Positions 52,195-62,460 are shown, numbered from the stretch's first letter. The stretch: 64,000 nt of DNA from Bdellovibrionales bacterium (GCA_965205945.1 CBDBIB010000003.1:576394-640393), one strand, 5' to 3'. Notes: generated by a model from the sequence alone, not told the origin. Made by a program: numbers and translations.

Positions 52195-52561
52195 AGTTTA
52201 CCCTGGAAATTTGATTAAAAGCAGATTTTTTTAAGGGCTATTACTTAACGAGTTTAAGAAGTATTTTTCTAAACTTTGGTTTAATTTAAACTAAAACGAA
52301 GATAGAGTTTTTAGAATCACTCTAAATTTTTTAAATACGCCTGAATTAAAGGCTTTTTATACTTTTTCATATTTTATTATTGAATTTTTTTCTCCTGTTT
52401 TAATAGTTTTATCTTTCTGCCTGTTATAGAGAGTTTTAAAAAATAAGCATTTTGCTCATATTTTAATCTTAAGGTGATAAATTTAAAATAAAAGCTATCA
52501 TTTAGTTATATCTATGTTATGAAGGGAGCACAAACAAATAAACAAAAGTAAGAGGTTATTA

Positions 52562-52756
52562 ATGAGTACAGGTACAGTAAAGTTTTTCAACAATACAAAA
52601 GGTTTTGGTTTTATCACTCCAGACAGTGGAGATGATTTATTTTTTCATATTTCTGAAGTTCAAGGAAATGAGCCACGTGATGGTGATAAAGTTGAGTTTG
52701 AAGTTGGACAGGGTAATAAAGGCCCATGTGCTGTTAAGGTAAAAGTTTCAAATTAA
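52562..52756 (+). CDS. cspA: Cold-shock domain protein
   Basis: GTVKFFN.TKGFGFI and FFHIS; RBS GAGG. Confidence 0.93.
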   Translation: MSTGTVKFFNNTKGFGFITPDSGDDLFFHISEVQGNEPRDGDKVEFEVGQGNKGPCAVKVKVSN

Positions 52757-52784
52757 AAATTTTTAAATTAAACTATAAAACTTT

Positions 52785-52815
52785 AAAGCTGATATTTAAA
52801 ATATCAGCTTTTTTT
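52785..52815 (+). terminator. Intrinsic terminator after the cold-shock gene
   Basis: Hairpin AAAGCTGATAT-TTAAA-ATATCAGCTTT followed by a T run. Confidence 0.75.
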
Positions 52816-53190
52816 ATATGTACCTTTTAGAACTCTTTACAAGGAAGAGAGCAAGGAATTTTAAGCTCTTTATAGGCTTGTAGTACAATTTTATTAGTGC
52901 CCGTCCCTACAGAAATAAATGATCATGTTAAAGATTCGGTAAAAGAAGAGTTAGAATAGAGTGGCAGCTCAGTTTTAGATAGTTTTGAATGCACACGTAT
53001 TTATAAAAAGCTAGATTTTAAGAGGCATGTATCAGATGAGCCTCTTTTAGAACTATATTAGAGCTGTTTTTAGCAAGTTGATTTTGAATAAAGTTTTCGG
53101 GCGCTTTGCTTTTGTATAGTTTTCCTGACTTTGAGCAACTTGCATCACCGGTTTTTTTTACTAGCAATTAATTTTGCTTGAATAAAATTT

Positions 53191-53685
53191 CCAGCATATG
53201 CACATAGCTACACTTAGCGTTTTCTAGCCGCGTTATTTCCTTGTAGGGAGTGGGAGCTACACAGCATTAAGTTTTCTATAACTCTTAAAAGCTTCATCAA
53301 CTTCAACCTCTCCACGCAAAAGATTCCAGTCCCCATGGTAATGACAGGCTTAGTGCGCTTGCTCCAGTTTTTTGTGCAGTGATCCACCAGATTGCATAGA
53401 GCCATGTTTTAATCGGAAGTTTTGAGGACTCAAAAATAGAACCAACTTTGACTGAATTTGCAAAAAGATAAGTTTTACATTTGCAAAGTTTAGTTGAAAT
53501 TAACCAGTATGTGTTGTTGCCACAGGCCTGGCATTTAAAGTCTTTACCCCAACACTGCTCCTTAAGAAAAGCCAAGCAAGCGTCATCATCTTTAAAAATT
53601 TGATCAAATTCTCGTAGGTTTTTAGGATACTTTAAGACTGATATGTCTAAAATACCCTGTTAGTGTAGTTAAGTGCATATGCTGG
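53191..53685 (-). mobile_element. Internally deleted IS1595-family element
   Basis: 24-bp TIRs (22/24) CCAGCATATGCACATAGCTACACT and AGTGTAGTTAAGTGCATATGCTGG; flanks TAAAATTT and TTAAATTT; Zn-ribbon transposase N-terminus (DDACLAFL, CQACG, GSIFESSKLP). Confidence 0.88.
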
Positions 53686-53761
53686 TTAAATTTTTTATAG
53701 TAAGTTGTTACAAGAAATTTAAAAAGTTTGAACTCGGGTTACTCAGTCCAGTATAAAACCA

Positions 53762-54953
53762 TTACTCAGGGTGATAAGTGCAACGAAACCCTGAGGCCTC
53801 GAATCCCAATTTCCCTGCAAACATATGGAGACTGGTATAGAATACACCGGAGAAAGTGCCAGAAAGCGAACTGCCACCGCGAAAGATCCCAGTATTCGAA
53901 GTACTTAAATAACCGTATCCAAGTCCTCCATGAGGGCTAGAGTTCAAACTTGTATAATCTCCACTAGGACCAAATTGATTTTTAGCAATTCTTGAGATCG
54001 TTGTTGTAGTTCCCCCACTAAGACTTCCTAAAGTTGTGTGTGAGGTAGTAGTTATTTGAGAAAAATTAGTATTGGAACCGTAACTGTTATTACTATGGTC
54101 TTTCATCAACTCCGAGACGTTACCAGCCAGATCCCAAATGACTTCATTATTAGAAAGCCTGTGTGTTCTTTTTTGGTTATTCCAAGTACTGCCATTACAG
54201 GTTTGCCCTGTAGCATAACAAGGATCGTCATCGTCACTGCTGGCTTCTAGGGCATTTTCAAATTCACCTGAAACGTCTGAATGACCTTGATTCAGACCTC
54301 CTGAGGCTCCTATAGTACCTGTATCCCAATTTGAGGCTATCAGTTCAATATTGCGAGCTAAACTCTGCCATTCATCATTGGTAATTAGGTCATAGTTCTC
54401 TCCAAGTTCAATACATTTAGCAATAGCATTACTACGATTAATGTTCACATAAGGAGTACCAGTGGCTTGAGAGACTGCACCGCCTGAACCATCGTTTTTA
54501 GCTTCGTACTTCATTACACAAAAGCTATTTGTCGTATAATCTGAAAGAGACGGAACCGCTATAAAGTTTTCCGGACAAAGAAAGTTATTTGTTATATTCG
54601 CAGTAACCTGAGTGCTATTTTCTCCACTAGAAGAAGTTTGATTTGCTGTAATTAAAATTTTTTGAAATCTTGTTAAGATTCGTTACATCTAAAGTTGTTT
54701 CCCATACTTCATTAGAGCATATAGGAGCTGTTGTAGGGCTAACCCCTCCAACACTTACTGTAATGAGTTTCCCTTCTTCCGAACAATTTCCACTCACCAT
54801 AAAGTTTTTTGCATTAGAGGCATTAATATCTTGTACGCTATCAATGGAAAAAGTAGGCTTTACTTCTCCATTTCCTGAGGGAGTGTTAGCGGGCTTTTCA
54901 TTTTTTGAACCGCAAGAGATTAAAAAAAAATTTAAGATTAACAAGATTTTCAT
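53762..54953 (-). pseudogene. Lipoprotein with Ig-like and FGE-sulfatase/C-type-lectin-fold domains, frameshifted in an A6 run (54658-54663)
   Basis: Lipobox LISC. Removing one A joins ...NKISK to ILITANQ...CPENFIAVP...FCVMKYEAK...LITNDEW...DLAGNVSE...RGG...GFRC. Confidence 0.85.
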
Positions 54954-55012
54954 AATTTCTCCTTAAACATATTTCTCTATCGGAGATAATTTAACCTTAA
55001 TTTAACCTTACT

Positions 55013-55230
55013 TTAACTTTTTTTAAATTCCCTGTAAAAATTGGGTTCTATAAATGCTGTTACAGTATTTATTCTCGGCAACAATTCATCAGGATCTACA
55101 CTTGCTGATTTTCTTGGTAAATGCTTGTATCTTAAACTTCCAACATCATTATAACTTTTCCAGCCATTAGTATGGGTGGTCGAATCAGGCTCTATATTTG
55201 CCAAAATAAATGTTTCTAGGTTTCCGCCTT
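55013..55230 (-). pseudogene. Isolated central fragment of an IS1595-family transposase
   Basis: LETFILANIEPDSTTHTNGWKSY...H...LLPRI resembles the ISXO2-type i.TDgw.sY region. Confidence 0.7.
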
Positions 55231-55243
55231 AAGCAAGTCTATT

Positions 55244-56080
55244 TTAAATTGTTTTGTGTTTTATATAGTTTTCAAAAAATAGTGTTAAAGCTTTAATTAA
55301 TAAAGGTTTAACTCTCATAGAAGTTTTTGTAACCTCTTTATGAGAAAGAGGAGTTTTAGAAATTCCACTTGCAAAGTTAGTTAAACAAGAAAGACCTGCA
55401 ACTTTTAATCCTGCGTGGTTTGCCGCTATGCACTCTGGTACAGTACTCATTCCTACAGCACTTGCTCCGAGTATAGAGAAAGCTTTGATTTCAGCTGGTG
55501 TTTCATAGGAAGGGCCGGTAACGCCAATGTAGGTTCCTTCGTGAGTGTTTAAACCTGCTTTTATACACGATGTTTTTAAAAGTTTAGATAGATTTTTATT
55601 ATAAGCCTTAGACATGTCATTAAAGCGAGGACCTAGCTCTAAAGTATTTTTACCAATGAGAGGGTTACATCCTGTAAAATTGATTTGATCTTTAATAATC
55701 ATCATATCTCCTGGGGGCCAATGAGGGTTTAAAGATCCTGAGGCATTGGTAAGAATTAAATCCTCCCCTCCAATCCATTTAAAGAGCCTTGCAGGAAAAA
55801 CAACTTCTTCAAGCGTATAGCCTTCATAAAAGTGAACTCTTCCTTGAAAGAGGGCAATATTTAAACCCTTATAGGAGCCGATAATTAAATTACCCTTATG
55901 GCCGACAACTGTAGATTTTGGAAAATATGGAATATCTGTAAAAGGGATGATTTCTAAAATCTTTAGTAATTCTGCAAGATCACTTAGCCCAGAGCCTAAT
56001 ATAATGCCAAGTTTTGGGGTGTTTTTTATTTTTTCTTTTAAGAAGTCTGCGGCTCTATTTAATTTTAAGATAGTGTTCAT
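55244..56080 (-). CDS. punA: Purine-nucleoside phosphorylase (trimeric type)
   Basis: ILGSGL, GRVHFYEG, GPSYETPAE and VGMSTVPE. Confidence 0.94.
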   Translation of the reverse strand: MNTILKLNRAADFLKEKIKNTPKLGIILGSGLSDLAELLKILEIIPFTDIPYFPKSTVVGHKGNLIIGSYKGLNIALFQGRVHFYEGYTLEEVVFPARLFKWIGGEDLILTNASGSLNPHWPPGDMMIIKDQINFTGCNPLIGKNTLELGPRFNDMSKAYNKNLSKLLKTSCIKAGLNTHEGTYIGVTGPSYETPAEIKAFSILGASAVGMSTVPECIAANHAGLKVAGLSCLTNFASGISKTPLSHKEVTKTSMRVKPLLIKALTLFFENYIKHKTI

Positions 56081-56099
56081 ATGTAGCCTTGCTTTAATT

Positions 56100-57413
56100 T
56101 TATTGGTTGTAAATAATTTCTTGAATTAGCTTAGGTTTAAGAACTGGGGTTTTTGAAAATGTAAAAGCTGTTTCTAAAAGTTTAACTGAGGCCTTAAGTT
56201 TTTCTTTATTTGAATAAAATATTCTAATAAGTGGTTCATTACTTTTAAGCTTATCCCCAATTTTTTTATAAAAGTAAAATCCAGCAGAAGAATTAACTTT
56301 ATCAGTTAAAGTCTTTCTTCCTGCGCCGAGTTCAACTCCAGCCCAGCCAATAGCCTCATTCTCCATTGTTAAGATATAACCAGCTTCTTTTGGTGACCAA
56401 TCAAGGTATTGAGAGTGAAGTTTAGGATATGAACCATCCCATCCCTGAGCTTTAAAAATATTAATTGCAACCTTTAAAGGTTTTTTTGACCACAAACAGT
56501 TTTTGGCTTGTTGATATAAGGTGTCATAATTTTCTTGTCCCTCATATAAGCTCATGAGTCTTGCTGCTAGATGTAGTGTAAGTTTAATGGTGTCATCAAA
56601 CTCTTCATAGTGTTTTTCAGGGTCTTCCATGATTTTAAAGCACTCATATACTTCACAAGTGTTTCCAACGTATCGACCTAAAGGTTGAGACATATCACTA
56701 ATTAAAGCCACAGCTTTTGCACCAAGCTCTTTAGAGGTTTCTACAAGAGATGTGGCTAAAGCTTTTGTATCTTTAAAGTTTTTAATAAAAGCACCACTTC
56801 CAGTTTTAACGTCATAGACTAGGCTTTTAACACCTTCAGCTATTTTTTTAGACACAATACTTGCAGTAATTAGAGGAAGGGATGAGACTGTACAGGTCAC
56901 ATCGCGTAAGGCATAAAGTTTTTTATCTGCTGGGCAAAGTTCTTTGGTTTGCCCTATAAAAGAAACCCTATGTTCATGGATAAGATTTTTAAATTCTTTT
57001 AAAGAAAGATCGGTTCTTAGTCCTTTCATACTTTCTAGTTTATCAAGTGTTCCGCCTGTATGACCAAGGCTACGTCCAGACATCATGGGGATTTTATAAC
57101 CTAAGGCTGCAAGTAGGGGGGCTAAGATTAAACTAGTTTTGTCTCCGGTGCCACCAGTGCTGTGTTTATCTACGTAGTTTGCATCATTAGGCCATACTAT
57201 TTGTTGCCCTGATGTTAATAAAGCTTTTGTTAAAAAATTTTTTTCAAATTTTGAAAGATTCTGATAATATACGGCCATTAAAAAAGCAGACATTTGATAC
57301 TCAGGAACAGTTCCTTTTTCAAATCCATGGATAAGGTTTGTTATTTCCTCTTTTGTTAAAGATGTTTTTGTTTGTACTTTTCGTATAAGAAGAGGTGCAG
57401 ATATATCAGACAT
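56100..57413 (-). CDS. pdp: Pyrimidine-nucleoside/thymidine phosphorylase
   Basis: DKHSTGG.GDK, SGRSLGHTGGTLDKLES and SKKIAEG. Confidence 0.94.
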   Translation of the reverse strand: MSDISAPLLIRKVQTKTSLTKEEITNLIHGFEKGTVPEYQMSAFLMAVYYQNLSKFEKNFLTKALLTSGQQIVWPNDANYVDKHSTGGTGDKTSLILAPLLAALGYKIPMMSGRSLGHTGGTLDKLESMKGLRTDLSLKEFKNLIHEHRVSFIGQTKELCPADKKLYALRDVTCTVSSLPLITASIVSKKIAEGVKSLVYDVKTGSGAFIKNFKDTKALATSLVETSKELGAKAVALISDMSQPLGRYVGNTCEVYECFKIMEDPEKHYEEFDDTIKLTLHLAARLMSLYEGQENYDTLYQQAKNCLWSKKPLKVAINIFKAQGWDGSYPKLHSQYLDWSPKEAGYILTMENEAIGWAGVELGAGRKTLTDKVNSSAGFYFYKKIGDKLKSNEPLIRIFYSNKEKLKASVKLLETAFTFSKTPVLKPKLIQEIIYNQ

Positions 57414-57414
57414 A

Positions 57415-58068
57415 CTAAAGGTCTCCTTTTATAATGTTGATACTTGCACTGCACCCAAGACGATTTGCGCCGGCTTTTATAAAGTTGAGTGCTTGGCTTT
57501 GGTTTTTAATGCCTCCACTTGCTTTTATTAAAACTTTTTTAGGCAAGTGCTTACGCATAATCTGAACAGCTTTAAGTGTTGAATGTATTTTTGCAAATCC
57601 TGTAGAAGTTTTTAAGAATGTTACTGGGTGTTGAGTTGCAATTTTACAAACTTTAATGAGTTCATTGTTTGATAAAATTCCAGATTCAATAATTACTTTT
57701 AAACATTTTTTTTTAAAAAAATTTGAAAAAACTCTAAACTCATTTTCAACTAGACTCCAGTTTTGATCTTTTATATTTGAAATATTTAAAACCACATCAA
57801 CCTCATCGCACCCAATAGAGTATAAATGATTAATTTCATTTTTTTTATCTTCAAGGGTGTTGTACCCTAATGGGAACCCTGCAACAGAGCAAGTTTTTAT
57901 AGGGCTGTTTTTTAACTTTTCATGGGTATGTTTTACTATATGTGGTGGAACACAAACACAGAAAAATCCATAGGTGATAGCCTCATTAATAAGATTATTA
58001 AAATCAGTTTCAGAGGCCGTATTTTTAAGTAACGTATGGTCTATGAAAGTATTTAAATTCATAGACAC
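57415..58068 (-). CDS. deoC: Deoxyribose-phosphate aldolase
   Basis: IDHTLLK, GFPLG, KTSTGF and KASGGI. Confidence 0.96.
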   Translation of the reverse strand: MSMNLNTFIDHTLLKNTASETDFNNLINEAITYGFFCVCVPPHIVKHTHEKLKNSPIKTCSVAGFPLGYNTLEDKKNEINHLYSIGCDEVDVVLNISNIKDQNWSLVENEFRVFSNFFKKKCLKVIIESGILSNNELIKVCKIATQHPVTFLKTSTGFAKIHSTLKAVQIMRKHLPKKVLIKASGGIKNQSQALNFIKAGANRLGCSASINIIKGDL

Positions 58069-58112
58069 AGGAGTACTTTTTATTATTCTTAATGAACATA
58101 GTTAAATGGCTG

Positions 58113-59153
58113 TTATGCGGCGCGTGCAGAAGAGTTTAAAAATCGAGCTGCTGTAGAATCAGTTATTAAACCTTTAGTTAAAAGCTGTTGGATATAATGT
58201 TGCATTGTAAACATACCCTCTGATCTTCCTGTTTGTATTACAGATGGAATTTGAAAAGTTTTTCCTTCACGGATTAGGTTTGATATGGCTGTGTTGTTTA
58301 TTAAAACCTCTATTGCAGCTATGCGACCTTCATCTACACGAGGAAGAAGACGCTGTGCAATTACACCTCTTAAACTTTCTGCAAGCATTGTTTGAATCTG
58401 TTTTTGTCGCCCTTCAGGAAAAACATCTACGATTCTATCAATTGTTCGAACAGCAGTATTTGTATGTAGTGTTCCAAAAACTAGATGACCAGTCTCTGCT
58501 GCGGTAATGGCTAGTTGAATGGTCTCTATGTCGCGCATTTCACCGACTAGAATAACATCTGGATCTTCACGAAGTGCAGCTTTTAGTGCTGATGCAAAAG
58601 ACTTTGTGTGATTCTCAACTTCTCTTTGATTGATTAAAGATTGCTGACTTAAATGAACAAATTCTATTGGATCTTCAATAGTAAGAATATGTTTATTTTG
58701 AGTTTTATTCATGTGATCAATTAAAGCTGCAAGTGTGGTTGATTTACCACTTCCTGTTGCACCTGTAACAACAATTAAGCCTTTATGAACCTGGCACAGT
58801 TCAGTTAAACCTTCAGGAAGATTTAACTCTTCTACAGTCATAATTTTATCTGGAATGGATCTAAATGTAGCCCCTAATCCACGTCTTTGCATGAAGATAT
58901 TACATCGAAACCGGCCGTAGTCATTTAAAGAATAAGCACAATCTAGTTCCCATTCTTTTTTAAATTGAGCTTTTTGTCGCTCGGTTAATATTTCAAAAAT
59001 AAGGGTTTTAACTTCCTCATTAGTAAGAGCTTTATGTTGTGATCTTGTCATTTCACCATGAATTCTAAAATAAGGGGGCTCTCCAGTTGTGATGTGTAAA
59101 TCAGAAGCTTTTTGTTGGATCATGATTTTAAACAGTTCGTCAATTTGTGCCAT
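58113..59153 (-). CDS. pilT: Type IV pilus retraction ATPase
   Basis: ASDLH, GATGSGKSTT, TIEDPIE, LREDPD..LVGEMRD, ETGHLV..TLH and SNLIRE. Confidence 0.95.
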   Translation of the reverse strand: MAQIDELFKIMIQQKASDLHITTGEPPYFRIHGEMTRSQHKALTNEEVKTLIFEILTERQKAQFKKEWELDCAYSLNDYGRFRCNIFMQRRGLGATFRSIPDKIMTVEELNLPEGLTELCQVHKGLIVVTGATGSGKSTTLAALIDHMNKTQNKHILTIEDPIEFVHLSQQSLINQREVENHTKSFASALKAALREDPDVILVGEMRDIETIQLAITAAETGHLVFGTLHTNTAVRTIDRIVDVFPEGRQKQIQTMLAESLRGVIAQRLLPRVDEGRIAAIEVLINNTAISNLIREGKTFQIPSVIQTGRSEGMFTMQHYIQQLLTKGLITDSTAARFLNSSARAA

Positions 59154-59235
59154 AAATATTTTCTCCTAAGATTTAAAATCTAATCGGCATAAATAAGTGC
59201 TTTCATTTAGTCTAGAATAAGCGTTATAAGGTATT

Positions 59236-60768
59236 ATGAGTAAAAAAATTCTTGTTAATATCAGGCCTAACCAGACGAGAGTCGCATTTTTAGATAATGA
59301 TAGGCTTATTGATTTACAAATTGATCAAAGTACTTTTCCAACCTTAGTGGGTGGAATCTATAAGGGTCGAGTTGAAAGAATTTTGCCCGGAATGCAGGCG
59401 GCTTTTGTAGATATAGGTCTTGAGCGGGCTGCATTTCTGCATGTGGGGGATATTATAGCAAAAGAAGTAACTGAAGTAACTGATGTAAAAGAGTTTAAGG
59501 AGGCTGTTGTTGATGAGTCAGATTTGCCGTTTCAGTTATTTGAACCACCTCAAGTAGAGCATAAAACACCTATTCAAGAGCTTTTAAAACAAGGACAGGT
59601 GATTTTATGTCAGGCTGCAAAAGATCCTTTGGGAACAAAGGGGGCTAGAATCACAATGCATATTTCCTTGCCGGGTAGAACGATAGTGTATTTACCAAAT
59701 ATTTCTCATTTAGGGATTTCTAAAAAAATTGAACAAGAACAAGAGCGAAGCCGGTTAAAAGGTATTATTGAAAAAGCTAAGCCCCGTGGTGGTGTCATTG
59801 TAAGAACTGCTGCAGAGGGATTGTCTCGAGAACAGATAATACAAGATTTAGATTACTTAAATCGTCTTTGGAAAGATGTTTTAAAGAGCTATGAAAAAAG
59901 AAAAACCCTAGGTTGTTTTTATAGAGATTTAGATTTAGAGCTTCGTGCTGTTCGAGATAATTTAACCTCAGAGGTTTCAAGGGTAATTATTGATGATCGT
60001 AAAAGTTATAAAAAAACTACTGCATTCATCAACCAATTCATGCCTAAGTTTAAAAATATTACAGAATTTTACGGTAAATCCCAAGCATTGTTTGATGCTT
60101 ACAATATTGATTTAGAAATAAAAAGATCTCTAGGGCGAAGAATCTGGCTTAAGTCAGGTGGCTATTTGGTTTTTGATGAAGCCGAAGCGTTGGTTGTTAT
60201 TGATGTGAATACAGGCCGCTTTGTTGGTAAAAAAGACTTAGATGAAACAATTCTTCAAACTAATCTAGAGGCCGCTCAAGAAATTGCTCATCAGCTTAGA
60301 ATTAGAAATTGCGGTGGGATTATAATTATAGATTTTATTGATATGGAAAGAGCAGCTCATAAAGAGCAGTTGTTTAATTTATTTAAAGATGAATTAGAGT
60401 TGGATAAAGCTAAAACAAAAATTACAGAAATTTCAGAATTTGGCTTAGTTGAAATGACAAGAAAAAGAATACGACCAAGCTTGGTTTCAATTCTTACAAG
60501 ACCTTGTACATATTGTGATGGGAAAGGTTATATTAAACGTAGAATGACCGTAGCTAATGAAATTTTTAGGGCCTTAGAGCGTGAAGCTGAAGGAGTGAAT
60601 AAATCTTTAAAAGCTTATGTTGAATGCCACTCTGATGTTGCAGATTGGATCTATGAAGAGGATGCTTTAACCCTTGATTTTATTGAATTAAAACTTAAAA
60701 GCTCTGTAGTTTTTAAAGTAAATCATAAACTTCATATTGAAGAGTTTACGGTGAGTTTAAAAAGTTAA
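59236..60768 (+). CDS. rng: Rne/Rng-family ribonuclease (RNase G-like)
   Basis: PGMQAAFVDIG, IDVNTG, GGIIIIDFIDM and CTYCDG. Confidence 0.93.
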   Translation: MSKKILVNIRPNQTRVAFLDNDRLIDLQIDQSTFPTLVGGIYKGRVERILPGMQAAFVDIGLERAAFLHVGDIIAKEVTEVTDVKEFKEAVVDESDLPFQLFEPPQVEHKTPIQELLKQGQVILCQAAKDPLGTKGARITMHISLPGRTIVYLPNISHLGISKKIEQEQERSRLKGIIEKAKPRGGVIVRTAAEGLSREQIIQDLDYLNRLWKDVLKSYEKRKTLGCFYRDLDLELRAVRDNLTSEVSRVIIDDRKSYKKTTAFINQFMPKFKNITEFYGKSQALFDAYNIDLEIKRSLGRRIWLKSGGYLVFDEAEALVVIDVNTGRFVGKKDLDETILQTNLEAAQEIAHQLRIRNCGGIIIIDFIDMERAAHKEQLFNLFKDELELDKAKTKITEISEFGLVEMTRKRIRPSLVSILTRPCTYCDGKGYIKRRMTVANEIFRALEREAEGVNKSLKAYVECHSDVADWIYEEDALTLDFIELKLKSSVVFKVNHKLHIEEFTVSLKS

Positions 60769-60797
60769 GAATTTATTTAGATGTTTTAATTTCTTAA

Positions 60798-60939
60798 GAG
60801 CCTGTAAATTAAATTGTGTAACTGCTTAATGATGAACTAGGATTAAAGCTCCTGTTAAGAGATAGGGGATTTTCCTCTTGCATGGTGATCATCGAGTTTG
60901 TAATTTATTTTGTGTAACTGCGATTTATTTTTCAGGCTC
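60798..60939. mobile_element. Short MITE-like relic with IS256-like termini
   Basis: GAGCCTGTAAATTAAATTGTGTAACTGC at 60798; similar direct copy at 60894; inverted end ATTTATTTTTCAGGCTC at 60923-60939 (15/17). Confidence 0.5.
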
Positions 60940-61180
60940 ATAACTATCGTTTCGTTACCACTAGTTAACGTATTGTAGGGAGTGTTGCTTAAGTTGAAAA
61001 TTCTTGTTATAAATGGGTCATTTTATTCTCGAGTAATGGGTTATTTGCAATTTTTCTTAACCTCACTGCAAGCCGCGGTCTTAATTACTGTTTGAATTAA
61101 ATTTAGGTATCCGGAAACTTTTTTTTTAAGCTCTCATATTACTTTTAATTTAATCAGTTTTCAGGAAAAATTAGTGTTCT

Positions 61181-62077
61181 TTAAGGTATCATAGCCAGGT
61201 GTGAAGATATTGGATAATTCATGTGATTTTTTAGCCATTTTGAAACAGTCATTAGTGTTTTAAGATTTACTCCTGTTTTATAGCCCATTTTTTCTAAACA
61301 ATAAACCAGATCTTCTGTTGCAAGATTTCCAGCTGCTCCAGGAGCATACGGGCAACCCCCTAATCCACCAATTGATGAGTCAAACTTAGTAAGTCTAAAT
61401 TTTAAAGATGCAATAACGTTACTTAAGGCTGTGCCTCTAGTATTATGGTAATGGCCAGCAAGCTGTTCAGGTTTTATTCCAGAGTTTATAAGTGCTTTTA
61501 AGGTTTCGTTAACTTGCTTTGGCGTGGCTGCTCCAATGGTATCGCCTAAAGAAACTTCATATACACCCATATCTAAAAGTTTTTTAGTGTATTTAATAAC
61601 TTTAGAGGTTTTAACATCACCTTCAAAGGGACAGCCAAATACCGTGCTTAGATAGCCTCGTACATTTATATTGTTTTTTTTTGCTTCATTCATAATAGGT
61701 TTAAAGCGGTTAAAACTTTCTTGAATTGAGCACTCAATATTTCTTTGGGAAAAAGATTCTGTACAAGATGTAAAAACAGCCACATCTTTTAAACTAGATT
61801 TTTTAAAATCTTGAAACCCTCTTAGATTTGGTACTAAAGCTGAATATACTAATGTTTTATCTTTTTGAGTTTTTAAGCAAGATTTAGCAACCTTTAATGA
61901 ATCTTTCATTTGTGGAATTTTTACCGGAGATACAAAGGCACCAATTTCAATTCTTTTTAGTCCTGCCTTTGTTAATTTTTTAACTAGAATAGAACGTTTT
62001 TGATGTGTGAGGATTTGTTTTTCATTTTGAAGACCATCGCGGGGTCCAACTTCAATGATTTGAATTTTTTTACTCAT
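61181..62077 (-). CDS. liuE: Hydroxymethylglutaryl-CoA lyase
   Basis: EVGPRDGLQNE, SLGDTIG, H.HNTRG and GGLGGCPYAPGAAGN. Confidence 0.93.
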   Translation of the reverse strand: MSKKIQIIEVGPRDGLQNEKQILTHQKRSILVKKLTKAGLKRIEIGAFVSPVKIPQMKDSLKVAKSCLKTQKDKTLVYSALVPNLRGFQDFKKSSLKDVAVFTSCTESFSQRNIECSIQESFNRFKPIMNEAKKNNINVRGYLSTVFGCPFEGDVKTSKVIKYTKKLLDMGVYEVSLGDTIGAATPKQVNETLKALINSGIKPEQLAGHYHNTRGTALSNVIASLKFRLTKFDSSIGGLGGCPYAPGAAGNLATEDLVYCLEKMGYKTGVNLKTLMTVSKWLKNHMNYPISSHLAMIP

Positions 62078-62460
62078 AATTTAATGTCCTTTTTAATTTT
62101 TAAAATGACATCATTTTTTGAAACAGTGTCTCCATCCTTAAAATCTAAATTCATAACTATTCCTTTATAAGGTGCTTTTAAAGTATGTTCTATTTTCATA
62201 GCCTCAACAACAAAAAGAGGATCCCCTTCTTCAACCTTTTGATTGATTGTAACAAAAATTTTTAAAATTTGTCCTGGCATAGGAGCTGAAAACTCACCGT
62301 TTTCACCTGTAATTTGTTTTCTGGATTTAAGCCTTTTGGTTCCAATATTGTCAATTTTAAAATTCCAACCATTAATACACACCCAGGTCTTTGTTCCTAA
62401 AATTTCTGAAAAATAAAAAGGCACATGGTCATTATTAAAGTTCATAGGCCTGGTCTCCAA
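62074..62460 (-). CDS. Biotin carboxyl carrier protein
   Basis: APMPG and EAMK biotinylation motif. Confidence 0.92.
   Translation of the reverse strand: METRPMNFNNDHVPFYFSEILGTKTWVCINGWNFKIDNIGTKRLKSRKQITGENGEFSAPMPGQILKIFVTINQKVEEGDPLFVVEAMKIEHTLKAPYKGIVMNLDFKDGDTVSKNDVILKIKKDIKL

Noticed and set aside
52820..53190. Possible DGR template repeat or small gene next to the IS1595 relic
   Set aside because: No similarity to the FGE C-terminus, no convincing ORF and only a weak 7-bp stem.
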